A stretch of 64,000 nt of DNA from a virus (taxonomy: Duplodnaviria > Caudoviricetes). Position 1 is the first letter of the stretch. Each line of letters starts with the position of its first letter. A program made the translations under genes and the position numbers. Shown in pieces: positions 10,165-19,175 of this stretch. The stretch spans positions 2,148 through 66,147 of IMG/VR virus record IMGVR_UViG_3300022936_000009; one strand, given 5' to 3'. The notes beneath the pieces are model-generated. The model saw nothing but the letters and a program-made list of their open reading frames with translations. It did not search any database and was not told the origin of the DNA.

Positions 10165-13100
10165 GTGCGTACCCCCGACAACGGCCGTGCCCTGCCCCCG
10201 CTCATGCGCCCGTCGACGGTGCGGTTCTACGCATTCGACGAGACGATCTCGGCAAGCGCGCGCGACATCGCGCGAGGCGCGACGATGGTCGTGCCGGCGT
10301 ACGGCTCGCAGGGCCCGCCGCGCATCGTCGGCGCCACGCCGCGTGTCGTCTTCATGGAGGCGGTCAACAACAAGTCGGTGCTCGCCGAAGGCACCGCCGT
10401 CGACGCCGAGCTACTCGACGCGCTCATCGGGACGAACACCGTCGCCCTCATGTTTCGGCCTCGCTCCAACACGTTGGGGGCGGTCTTCGCAGTCTGCGGC
10501 GCCGACGTCACAACGGCCTCGGCAAATATCCTTTGGGGTCTTTTTTGGTCGAGCTTTGGCGACGGCACGATCTCCTATATCCATGAGCAGGGATCCGGGT
10601 CCGCGATTGGTGCACCCTTTCAGGCGACGTTTGCGGCGGGCAAATGGATGGTCGCGCACATCCGCAAGGTCGTGACGGGCGTGACGTGTGACCTGTCGCT
10701 CTTCATCAACGGCGCGCTCGTGCAGACGATCGCCGGCCTCGGAAACTGCGACGGCGGCAGCGCCTCGGTCGTGCGCGCGGGCCATCTGCTCGACGCGGCC
10801 GGCGCGAACGCGACGTTTCCCTTTGACGGGGACATCGGTGCGTGGGTCGTCAACGCGGAGGCGCTCACCGACGAGCAGATCGCCGACGATGCACGCCGCC
10901 TGCACCTGCTGGATCACTCGACGCACGCGGACATCGTGCTGCGCGTAGGCGACCTCAACGGCGCGTGGGTCGAGCTCACCAACGCCGAGGGCGTCGACCT
11001 CGTCGACACCTGCGAGATCTCCGACAACATCGACAACGTCACGCGCACGATGTCGGCATCGTTGCTGCGCGAGCAGGAGGCGCTTTCGACGGCGGGCCTC
11101 GTCACGACGAGCAAGCTCAACCTCTCCAACGTCTTCGTCCCGTCGAGCTTCGCGGCGCTGATCCGCGAGACCGCGCCGGTGGAGCTGCTCGTGGCGCGGA
11201 TGCCGCTCGGGCTGCGCGCCGGCCCTGGCGATCTTGAGAGCGCGTTTCTCGGAGAAATCGACGAGGTCGACGACGGCGGCGACGCCACGACGTTCACGGC
11301 ACGTGACCTCGGCGGCCGCCTCATCGACACGCACATCGAGGAGGAAATCAACTACGGCGACGTCACCCCGGTGGCGGTCGAGGGTGAAATGCAATTCATC
11401 CTCAACGACAACGACAACGACGCCGGCAACAACAGCGTCGGCGGCCTGACGGCGCGCATGGGCAGCTACGCGCCGATCACGCTTTTCACGCCCGTCGCGC
11501 CGTCGTGGTCGATCCTGCTCTATCGCCAGCGGCGCGAGCCGGTGATGACCGCGCTGCGCGCGCTCGCGGGGCAGATCGGGTGGGACTGCCGCTACATGTG
11601 GGATCCGACGACGAAGACGTGGCGGCTCACGTTTTTCGACGTCGACCGCACGCGCGTCGGCGTCGACGCCGTCTTTCGCGCCGATGACATCCTCGAATTT
11701 CAGGAGCTGTCCCGCTCGACCTTTGGCGTGCGCAACATCGCCCGCGTGGTCTACGCCTCGTCAGAGACGACGTTGCCGTCGCTGCCCGCGTTGCCCGCCG
11801 GCTACAGCGGTCGACGTGGTTGGAGCAACGTCGACGGCGAGGGCAACCGCCTGGTCGCCTTCGTGGAGATCCAGAGTGATGCCTCGTTGGCGGTCCTCAA
11901 TCGCCGCTACTGGATGGAAGCGCAGGAGCAGAGCGCGGGGCAGATCGACACGATCATCGAAGGCACGCGCATGGGCCTCCGCTTCGTGCAGGACCTCGAA
12001 GAGAGCGACCTCGGCGCGTCGGTGACGTTCCCTCTGATGTGGGAGGCCGAGGTCAACACCTTCGGCCGCTTCGAGGGCCTCACGCGCGGCCCACGCGGCC
12101 TGCAGCGGCTCTTCACGGGCGCGCAGAAGCTCGCCATCAAAACCATCACGTCGACGTTCGATGACTCACCACGGACCAGCGTGCAGCTTCGAGGCAAGCC
12201 CGCGCTCGGCTTCAAGCGCTGGCTCGCGGTCGAGACCCGAAACGGCAAAGGCGCCATCGCCAGCCCGCTCGACGCCCTCACCGACCTGCGCGCGGGCCCG
12301 CGCTTGCAGATCGTGCGCGAGCTGCTCGATCAGACCCGCTATTTCACGGGCGGCAAATTCCTGGCGATCCGCAATCAGGAATTCGAGGCCTTCTCGGCTG
12401 GCCTGCAGAATCCCCCTGACGGGTGGTCGATGCAGGCGGGCGCGTGGGCCACCGACGCGATCGTCTCGACGACGGCGCAGTCGGGCGCGCGGTCGGTGCG
12501 CCTCGTCAACACGACGGCGGCGCTCCGCTCTGACTTCGTTGTGCTGCCCGCCGGCAGCCTCAACGCGCCGTTTTCGTTGGAGGCGCTTTGGCAGCGCGTT
12601 GCCGGCGACGACTCGCTGCAGGTGGATGTCGAGTGGTACAGCGCGGCAAAGACGCTGCTCGCGACGACGTCGTTGTTTCCGGGGTCGGGCACCTACGGCT
12701 TTCCGGCGGTGCCCGCGACGACGGGCGCGTGGTTCACCTCGCGAGCGCAAGGCTTCATGCCGCCGAACGCGCTTTCACGATACGTGCGGATCATCGTGCG
12801 CGGCCGCCAGGTCGGCGCCGCTTTCTCGGCGATCCTCGTCGACAATATCAGCATGTACCGCACGTCCCGCGAGGTCCTCGCAGGCAACGGCGGGTCCACG
12901 CCTGCGTTGTGGGGTGCCACCGCTGTCGGCGCCAATTTCTACAACCAGGCTTACGGCGACATCGTCGGCGCCGGCCGGTACGACCGCGGCAACAGCCTCG
13001 TCAATGCCACGCTCCTCGGGCCGCCGAACAACGGGCTTCATGTGCTCGCGCGCGAGCCGGGCACGTATGAAGTCGACGTCTGCCATTGGCCGATCCACCA

Positions 13101-13404
13101 GGTGTCACCGGCGGCGGCGACCAAGGTCCTTGAGCTGCAGCTCATCCTCAACGGCACCTACGGCGCGGGCGGTGTGCGGACCGGCGGCACGTTGGTCGCA
13201 CGAACGCGGTTCACCGAGCTTTTCACGACCATCCCGTCGCAGCCTCTTCGCCTGCGCCACGTCATCGACCTCGTCGAAAACGACCGGCTCACGGTCGACC
13301 TCGGTTTCGTCTCGACCACCGCCGGCGCGGGCAACATCCTGCTCGGCAGCGGCCCAGGCACCGACCCGAGCCTTTTCCGGGTGAAGATTCGCGGGATGGA
13401 CTGA
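10165..13404 (+). CDS. Tail tip/host-specificity protein with N-terminal LamG and C-terminal carbohydrate-binding-like domain
   Basis: 1079 aa; 'LSLFINGALVQ...FDGDIGAW..NAEALT' LamG; central tail-hub-like region; 'IRNQEFE...PPDGW' CBM-like start. Confidence 0.65.
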   Translation: MRTPDNGRALPPLMRPSTVRFYAFDETISASARDIARGATMVVPAYGSQGPPRIVGATPRVVFMEAVNNKSVLAEGTAVDAELLDALIGTNTVALMFRPRSNTLGAVFAVCGADVTTASANILWGLFWSSFGDGTISYIHEQGSGSAIGAPFQATFAAGKWMVAHIRKVVTGVTCDLSLFINGALVQTIAGLGNCDGGSASVVRAGHLLDAAGANATFPFDGDIGAWVVNAEALTDEQIADDARRLHLLDHSTHADIVLRVGDLNGAWVELTNAEGVDLVDTCEISDNIDNVTRTMSASLLREQEALSTAGLVTTSKLNLSNVFVPSSFAALIRETAPVELLVARMPLGLRAGPGDLESAFLGEIDEVDDGGDATTFTARDLGGRLIDTHIEEEINYGDVTPVAVEGEMQFILNDNDNDAGNNSVGGLTARMGSYAPITLFTPVAPSWSILLYRQRREPVMTALRALAGQIGWDCRYMWDPTTKTWRLTFFDVDRTRVGVDAVFRADDILEFQELSRSTFGVRNIARVVYASSETTLPSLPALPAGYSGRRGWSNVDGEGNRLVAFVEIQSDASLAVLNRRYWMEAQEQSAGQIDTIIEGTRMGLRFVQDLEESDLGASVTFPLMWEAEVNTFGRFEGLTRGPRGLQRLFTGAQKLAIKTITSTFDDSPRTSVQLRGKPALGFKRWLAVETRNGKGAIASPLDALTDLRAGPRLQIVRELLDQTRYFTGGKFLAIRNQEFEAFSAGLQNPPDGWSMQAGAWATDAIVSTTAQSGARSVRLVNTTAALRSDFVVLPAGSLNAPFSLEALWQRVAGDDSLQVDVEWYSAAKTLLATTSLFPGSGTYGFPAVPATTGAWFTSRAQGFMPPNALSRYVRIIVRGRQVGAAFSAILVDNISMYRTSREVLAGNGGSTPALWGATAVGANFYNQAYGDIVGAGRYDRGNSLVNATLLGPPNNGLHVLAREPGTYEVDVCHWPIHQVSPAAATKVLELQLILNGTYGAGGVRTGGTLVARTRFTELFTTIPSQPLRLRHVIDLVENDRLTVDLGFVSTTAGAGNILLGSGPGTDPSLFRVKIRGMD

Positions 13405-13488
13405 TTTGCGCTCGGCGCTTGCATGCAAGCACCGGGGGCAGATCGTCCGCTCTGGACAGATGCCGATCCACCGCCAAGGATGATCGCC

Positions 13489-13980
13489 ATGAGCACCACC
13501 ACGCCCGGCCAGACTGCCCCACAAGAACCATCTGGCCCCGTGACCGCTTCGGTGCACACGGGCGGTTCCTCGTCGACGTTGTCCGGTGATTCGGACAGCA
13601 TCACTTTTCGTATGGGGAAACAGTCGCTCGCCATTTTGATCGGCTCGTTGCTGGCCGCCTCTGGCGTCGGCGGCGGCGTCGTGTCCGGGGTGTCCGATCG
13701 CAAGCTCGACGAGCGGGTGAGCGCCGCTCTCGGCGAGTCGCTCGACAAGCGCTTGTCGACGAAGTTCGCGGAGATGCAGGCGGCGGCGACGTCGGCCGCG
13801 GCCGCGGCCAGCGACAAGAGCAACAGCGAGCTCAAAGAGATCCTGTACAAACAGGGCGCCAACGCCGAGGCGTCGCAGCGGTTGGAGTCGGCCACGCGGG
13901 CGTCGACGACGACGATGCTGGCCGATCACGAAGAGCGTCTGCGTTTCCTCGAACGCGCCGCGTCTGCTGGACGTCGCTGA
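13489..13980 (+). CDS. Single-TM coiled-coil protein, possibly lysis-associated
   Basis: One hydrophobic segment, then a coiled coil ending 'DHEERLRFLE'; AAGGA upstream of ATG 13489. Confidence 0.5.
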   Translation: MSTTTPGQTAPQEPSGPVTASVHTGGSSSTLSGDSDSITFRMGKQSLAILIGSLLAASGVGGGVVSGVSDRKLDERVSAALGESLDKRLSTKFAEMQAAATSAAAAASDKSNSELKEILYKQGANAEASQRLESATRASTTTMLADHEERLRFLERAASAGRR

Positions 13981-14016
13981 CGGCGCGTGGTCTGCTCGGC
14001 GTGGAGGTCCACCACC

Positions 14017-14229
14017 ATGCCTGCACCAACAAAGCTCTCGAACCGCCGCCGCCCGCCTCGTCGTGAGGTGCGGGCGCAGATGGCGTTCGCCTCGCAGCTC
14101 ATCTTCAAGGTCGCGCAGACGCCGAACATGGGCGGTCTCGCTGCCGGCGCTGTCGTGACCACGGCAACGGCCGCAAACCTCGCCAACGCCCTGCGGCGCG
14201 GCGCGGTCGTGGCCACCGCCATCCCTTGA
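14017..14229 (+). CDS. Small basic hypothetical protein
   Basis: GGAGG RBS, ATG 14017, 70 aa. Confidence 0.5.
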   Translation: MPAPTKLSNRRRPPRREVRAQMAFASQLIFKVAQTPNMGGLAAGAVVTTATAANLANALRRGAVVATAIP

Positions 14230-14284
14230 GCTTGCGCGCAGCGGCGGCCCGTTCTACGCTGCGCTTCGAGGTCGTGCTCGGGGG

Positions 14285-14329
14285 TCGCGCCGGTTGTTCT
14301 CTTCGGAGACGACCGGCGCGATTCCTTTT
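14285..14329. terminator. Hairpin terminator at the convergence of the tail and early arms
   Basis: CGCGCCGGTTG-T-TCTC-TTCG-GAGA-CGACCGGCGCG followed by TTCCTTTT. Confidence 0.75.
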
Positions 14330-14949
14330 CAGTCGCCGCCGCGCTTGATCCGCGCGAGCTCGTCCGGCTCCTCGATGGCCATCCGGTCAATGACCGCCTG
14401 CATGTCCGCTTGCAGCTCGGCTGCAGTCTTCGCCGGCACCGGCGCGCCGACCGCCAACACAAACCCCGCGTCGCCAGGCAACCCGTGCCGCGTCCCGTCG
14501 CTGCTGATGGTGAGGACCTTGCCGCGCGGGCGATCCTCGTCAAACGCGACATGGACCCAGCCCGCGCCAGGCACGAGGGGTTTGTAGTGCTCAAGGATCA
14601 GCTCATCGAACGGGATCGAGCTCGCGCGGATGATGATCGCGAGCGTGAGGTTGTCGAGGCGCGGATCGTACGACTCGACATCCCACGCGCGGCCGGAAAG
14701 GTGATTGCTCGTGTCGACGCCGCCGACGGCGTTGTTGACGCGCTTGTTGCGGAAGGCGCTGTTGACGCGCAGCCGAGGGTCGTAGCCCATGCCCTTCAAG
14801 ATCACGCGCAGCGATTCGAGCCAGCGCGCGCCGTAGCGCAGGCGCCCGATGATCACAGGATCCGTCGGGATGTTGTTCGTCTTCGTGCGCTCCGCCCATT
14901 CGGAGCGGCACGCCTCGGCCAGAGAAAAGCTCTTCGACAGCATTATCAT
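14329..14949 (-). CDS. Endolysin, peptidase M15A family (Zn D-Ala-D-Ala peptidase fold)
   Basis: 'SKSFSLAE..RS...NNIP', 'VNSAFR...N.AVGG...SNHLSGRAWD', 'WVHV' zinc-ligand motifs. Confidence 0.88.
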   Translation of the reverse strand: MIMLSKSFSLAEACRSEWAERTKTNNIPTDPVIIGRLRYGARWLESLRVILKGMGYDPRLRVNSAFRNKRVNNAVGGVDTSNHLSGRAWDVESYDPRLDNLTLAIIIRASSIPFDELILEHYKPLVPGAGWVHVAFDEDRPRGKVLTISSDGTRHGLPGDAGFVLAVGAPVPAKTAAELQADMQAVIDRMAIEEPDELARIKRGGD

Positions 14950-14966
14950 CGTTGACCCTCAAACGG

Positions 14967-15012
14967 CTCGGCGGGGGTCGTGTCGTCACCGCGACGAACG
15001 ACCCCGCCCGAG
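14967..15012 (-). terminator. GC-rich hairpin between the replication operon and the endolysin
   Basis: CTCGGCGGGGGTCGT...ACGACCCCGCCCGAG inverted repeat; weak U-tract. Confidence 0.45.
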
Positions 15013-15056
15013 GCGCGCCCTCATCATTGAGCAGCGCGGCGGCGACGTCGAGGACG

Positions 15057-15548
15057 TCAGCCGAGGGGGTCGCCTTCGGTGCTGTCGTAGTCGTCGTCGG
15101 GTTGGTCGAGATGCTCGACACCGATGCCCGTCAGCTTCTTCAAGCCGTCGACGGCGTTGGCCATTGCCCGCACGTCTTCGAGGCTGCCGGCAACGCGAAC
15201 ATTGTTCGCCAGCGTGAGCAACGGCGCGAGCGCCGCGCGCAGCGTGGGCGTCACCTCGCGCTCGGCGTCGAAGCGTCGCGCGGCATCGTCGCGCGCCTCG
15301 ACCGCGTTGCGCGCGGTCTGCGCGAGCTCCCGGTTGAGCTCGATGAGAAAGGCGCGCTCTTCGGCCTCGGCGCCCTTCATGCGAAAGAACGCCAGGCGGA
15401 TCGGATGTTGGTCGTCGGCGAAAGCCTGCACGACGAGGTCGCGCAGATAGTTGCCTTTCTCTGCGCGTTCGGTCGCAAGCTCCTGTCGGCGGTCGCTGCG
15501 CTCTTTGGTGATTTGTTCGGGCGTCTTCTTCTTCGTCGTCGTGCTCAT
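15057..15548 (-). CDS. Hypothetical coiled-coil protein
   Basis: 163 aa, starts MSTTTKKK, overlaps the DnaB stop. Confidence 0.7.
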   Translation of the reverse strand: MSTTTKKKTPEQITKERSDRRQELATERAEKGNYLRDLVVQAFADDQHPIRLAFFRMKGAEAEERAFLIELNRELAQTARNAVEARDDAARRFDAEREVTPTLRAALAPLLTLANNVRVAGSLEDVRAMANAVDGLKKLTGIGVEHLDQPDDDYDSTEGDPLG

Positions 15549-17089
15549 GCGTATTCTCCCGGCGGGGCGAGGCTCTCGAAACGAGGAACCTCTTTGTGGA
15601 AACGGAGGTCGATGGACCCGATCGGCCCGTTGCGGTTCTTCGCAACGATGACCTCGGCGATGCCAAGGCGGTCCTCGGGGCAGCGGTCTTTTGCGTAGTA
15701 TTCTTCGCGATAGATGAACGCGATGAGGTCGGCGTCTTGCTCGACGGCGCCGCTTTCTCGGATGTCGCTCATCATCGGCCGCTTGTCGGCGCGACTCTCC
15801 ACGCCACGGTTCAACTGCGACAACGCGCAGAACGTCGCGCCGGTCTCCATCGCAATGCCTTTGCAGCCACGGCTGATCCCCGACATCTGCGTCGTGCGGT
15901 TCTCTTCCGTGTCCTCTTCACCTGCGATGAGCTGCAGGTAGTCGACGACGATGAGGCCGAGCGGCGGCAGTCCTTGCCGCAACATCTTGCGGTGCTCCTC
16001 GCGGATCATGGCCTTGATCGCCGACATCGGCAGACCAGAACCACCGACGACCCAAATGGGCGAGTTCGCGATGGCGCCGGCGGCTTGTTCGAGCTGCCCG
16101 CGATCTGCAGGCGAGATGAACCGGCGCGTTGTCAGGTTCTCAATGTTGCTCTGCCCCTGGACGAGCTTGAGGGTCGCGGCCTCTCGTGTGACTTCGAGCG
16201 AAACGATGAGGACGCTCATCGGCTTGGAGCGGTGGAGGGCGACGCCGCGCGCGATGTCGAGCGCGAGCGACGTTTTGCCCATGCTCGGCCGCGCCGCGAC
16301 GACCCACAGGTCGCCGGGCTTGAGGAGCGAGTAGTTGTCGAGGTCGGGAAAGCCGGTGCTGTTGCCGACGACGACGCCGCCGTTGATCGGCAGCGCATCC
16401 ATCACAGAGGTCATGATGTCGCCGACGTGAACGAACGGCGAGGCGTGCCCGCGCGAGTCGACAGACGCGAGCTCGCCGACGACGCGGTCGACGATCTCGG
16501 CGAGGTTGCCACCGTGACGGCTGGCTTCGAGGCCCGTGAGCAGCGCCGCTTGCACGCCGCGCAGCTTCGATTTCTCGATGATCATCCGCACGCACTCGGG
16601 CACGCTGGCGGCCGTCAAGACGGCAGCTTCGAGCTTCGCCACGGCAGCAAAGCCGCCGACGGCGGCGAGGGCGCCGATGCGCTGCAGCTCGTCGCAAACG
16701 GTGAGCGTCTCGACGGCGTGGCCTGCCTCGTGGACGGCGATGATCGCCGACCAGATCCGCTGTCGAGCTTCCGAGTAGAAATCGCTGGCGGTGAGGCCCT
16801 GATCCTCGCAGGGCACGAGCGCGCCGTTGCCGTAGGAGAGGACCGCGCCGATCACCATCGCCTCGGCGTGCTCGACGTAGTGGTGTTGTTTGAGGCGGGC
16901 GTTGACGACGTCACGCGCCGTGACCTCGGCAAGGACGCGCGCGCGCTCGGTCTCGATCGAATTGAGCACCATCCCGAGCGGTACGAGGCCCTCCTCATCG
17001 CCGCCGTCGGTGTCTTCGTCGTCGTCGCGAAAGTCGGGGTCACGGGCGATCGTGACGTCGTCGTCGTCGCCGGGTTCGCGGTTGCTCAC
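15545..17089 (-). CDS. dnaB: Replicative DNA helicase (DnaB family)
   Basis: Walker A 'AARPSMGKT', 'IVVDYLQL', 'LSQLNRGVESRADKRPMMSDIRESGAVEQDAD', 'AKNRNGP'. Confidence 0.97.
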   Translation of the reverse strand: MSNREPGDDDDVTIARDPDFRDDDEDTDGGDEEGLVPLGMVLNSIETERARVLAEVTARDVVNARLKQHHYVEHAEAMVIGAVLSYGNGALVPCEDQGLTASDFYSEARQRIWSAIIAVHEAGHAVETLTVCDELQRIGALAAVGGFAAVAKLEAAVLTAASVPECVRMIIEKSKLRGVQAALLTGLEASRHGGNLAEIVDRVVGELASVDSRGHASPFVHVGDIMTSVMDALPINGGVVVGNSTGFPDLDNYSLLKPGDLWVVAARPSMGKTSLALDIARGVALHRSKPMSVLIVSLEVTREAATLKLVQGQSNIENLTTRRFISPADRGQLEQAAGAIANSPIWVVGGSGLPMSAIKAMIREEHRKMLRQGLPPLGLIVVDYLQLIAGEEDTEENRTTQMSGISRGCKGIAMETGATFCALSQLNRGVESRADKRPMMSDIRESGAVEQDADLIAFIYREEYYAKDRCPEDRLGIAEVIVAKNRNGPIGSIDLRFHKEVPRFESLAPPGEYA

Positions 17090-17952
17090 TTCGCCACCTT
17101 CGCAGCCCGGACCCACTTCGACGTCGTGAGGTCGAGGGTGTAGCCCTGTTTGTGCATGTGCTCGTCAGCCTGCGTCCAAACGTAGTCGAGAGGGATGGCG
17201 ACGGGGACGCCGTCGACCTTCACGGTCTTCACGTTGCGGAGCAGCGCGCCGTCGGCCTCGGTGGTCTTCTTCGGCATGCCGAGCGTGCCGAAGAGCATGA
17301 ACCACCGATCCGCGCTCTTCGCGACCGCGTCCCAATCGCAATGCTTCGCGCGGTCCGGCCAGTCGTCGTGCTTCATGCCGAGGATCGATTTGCACCACGC
17401 GCTCGGCTTGCCCCCGTCTCGGCAGTAGCGCACGAAGTAGCGGCGGCGCTGCGGCGTCACGCGCACCTGCGGCCGTCCCCACAGCTTGCCCCAGGCCTCG
17501 ACCATCGGCGTCAACATCGCGTCGGTGGGCGCCGCGAGACGGCCTTTCGGCAGCGCGTCGAAGGCGCCGTTGAGGATCTCGACGAACGTGGCGGGCGGCG
17601 GGACGATGAGGACTTCGGCGGGGCCGCGCTTCGGCGCCACGCCCGCGAGGCCGAGCAGGGCGCCGACGGCGGCGGCGTCGACGACGACCTTTTGATCGGT
17701 TTCGCTTGTGATGAGCTGCAGGTGCCGCAGGCGAGACAGTGCGTCTTCGCGCTCTTTCGGCAGCAGGGGGATGTCGCGCGGCTTCGTCGAGCACATTAGC
17801 GACGCCAGCGCGATGGCCGCGGTGGTGCTCTTGAGGGCGGCGGCGACGCCAGGGGAAAAAGCAGACTGCGAAAAGACGAGGTCGTGGATCGTCATCGGTG
17901 TCTCGGGGGAAAGAACCACCGTCGCCCGCGCGACGGTGGGAAGCAAAGTCAA
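17086..17952 (-). CDS. Putative replication initiator/organiser
   Basis: Sits between Bet and DnaB; Trp-rich helical C-terminal domain; function inferred from position only. Confidence 0.45.
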   Translation of the reverse strand: MTLLPTVARATVVLSPETPMTIHDLVFSQSAFSPGVAAALKSTTAAIALASLMCSTKPRDIPLLPKEREDALSRLRHLQLITSETDQKVVVDAAAVGALLGLAGVAPKRGPAEVLIVPPPATFVEILNGAFDALPKGRLAAPTDAMLTPMVEAWGKLWGRPQVRVTPQRRRYFVRYCRDGGKPSAWCKSILGMKHDDWPDRAKHCDWDAVAKSADRWFMLFGTLGMPKKTTEADGALLRNVKTVKVDGVPVAIPLDYVWTQADEHMHKQGYTLDLTTSKWVRAAKVAK

Positions 17953-19175
17953 CGTGCGGTCGACATCGTCGGCGCGTCGAAGGGCGTCGACTCATCGACT
18001 GCCGCGGCGCGGTTGTAGCCCGCGTCTTCCACGACCTCGACGGCGGGGTCGACGCCGAGGCCGCCGCTCGCCGGCTCCTCGGCCGCCTTCGCCTTTCGCT
18101 TCGACGGCGTCTTGAGAGCCAGCAGGCCGGCGATCAGGGGCAGCACCTGCGCAGGCACCGGGGGCCCGCCGAGATCGGCCGCCCGGTGCAGCTTGAGGGC
18201 GTCGGCGAGGGGTCGGACCTTGTCCGCGCCCGCCCACTGCGGCGCCCATTCGTTCGCGAGCGCGTCGACCGCTTCGATGGTGTCGACCGCTTCGAGCGCC
18301 TTGCGGAAGCTGATCAGGAGCGCGCTCGACTTCTTCCCCGACGGCCCGGCGTGCTTGCCGCGGCCGGCGAGGAGGTCGACGATCGGCGCCCCGGACGTGC
18401 TGACGGCGTTGTCGTCGCCGACGGCGCCCGTGGGCAACGGCGCGGTCGGCGGCGGCGGCGCCGGCGACACGTCGACGAAGTCACCAGACGCCGCGCCGCG
18501 GCGCAGCTCCTCGGGGATGTGCAGGCCGCCGAGCTCGTTGGGGAAGGCTCGACGCAGCGACAGGGCCTCGGAGCACTTCGCGAGCATCACGGTGGGGAAG
18601 CCATCGGGGCTCCACATCGGCGACGTCGGATCGGCGTACTCCGACCACAACGCGGGCGACGAGATCGGCTTGTCGAAGCCAACGCGGTGGACGTCCACGC
18701 GCGCGGCAAACGGCGGCTCTTTGGAATCCCACACGGTTTTCCACGCCACGCGCACGGCGCCGTCGTCGTCAAAGACGGGGACGCCGTCGGCATTGAGCAC
18801 GGGCTTGCCGTCGGTGAACCACGGACCGCGCTGCCCAGCGTACTTCCCGGACCGCTCGGCGATCGAGCGGAAGCCGTCGATTTTCACCAGGACGGTGAAG
18901 ACCTCGACCTTGAAAACGCGGTCCCATTTTCGGACGCCGATGATCTGCCGCGCGATGGGGTCGAGACCCGTGGCCATCGCGACGTGCAGGAGCTCGCCGA
19001 TCTCGGCGAGGCTCAACGTCGGGTAGAACGCATCGCGGAGCAGGGCGACCTTGTCGGCGCCGAACGCCGTCGCCGCCGAGAGCAGGTAGGTGGGGTCCGG
19101 GCCCGGCGCGCGCGCGGTCGCCCGGCGCGTCGAGGGCATGGTGATCGTCGTCGGGGTGGCAGTGGTCGTGCTCAT
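17949..19175 (-). CDS. bet: Single-strand annealing protein, Bet/RecT family
   Basis: 'TGLDPIARQI', 'IDGFRSIAERSGKYAG', 'MLAKCSEALSLRRAFP..LGGL..PEE'. Confidence 0.92.
   Translation of the reverse strand: MSTTTATPTTITMPSTRRATARAPGPDPTYLLSAATAFGADKVALLRDAFYPTLSLAEIGELLHVAMATGLDPIARQIIGVRKWDRVFKVEVFTVLVKIDGFRSIAERSGKYAGQRGPWFTDGKPVLNADGVPVFDDDGAVRVAWKTVWDSKEPPFAARVDVHRVGFDKPISSPALWSEYADPTSPMWSPDGFPTVMLAKCSEALSLRRAFPNELGGLHIPEELRRGAASGDFVDVSPAPPPPTAPLPTGAVGDDNAVSTSGAPIVDLLAGRGKHAGPSGKKSSALLISFRKALEAVDTIEAVDALANEWAPQWAGADKVRPLADALKLHRAADLGGPPVPAQVLPLIAGLLALKTPSKRKAKAAEEPASGGLGVDPAVEVVEDAGYNRAAAVDESTPFDAPTMSTAR

Noticed and set aside
7939-13404. Diversity-generating retroelement target in the tail lectin genes
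   Set aside because: No reverse transcriptase and no TR/VR repeat pair seen
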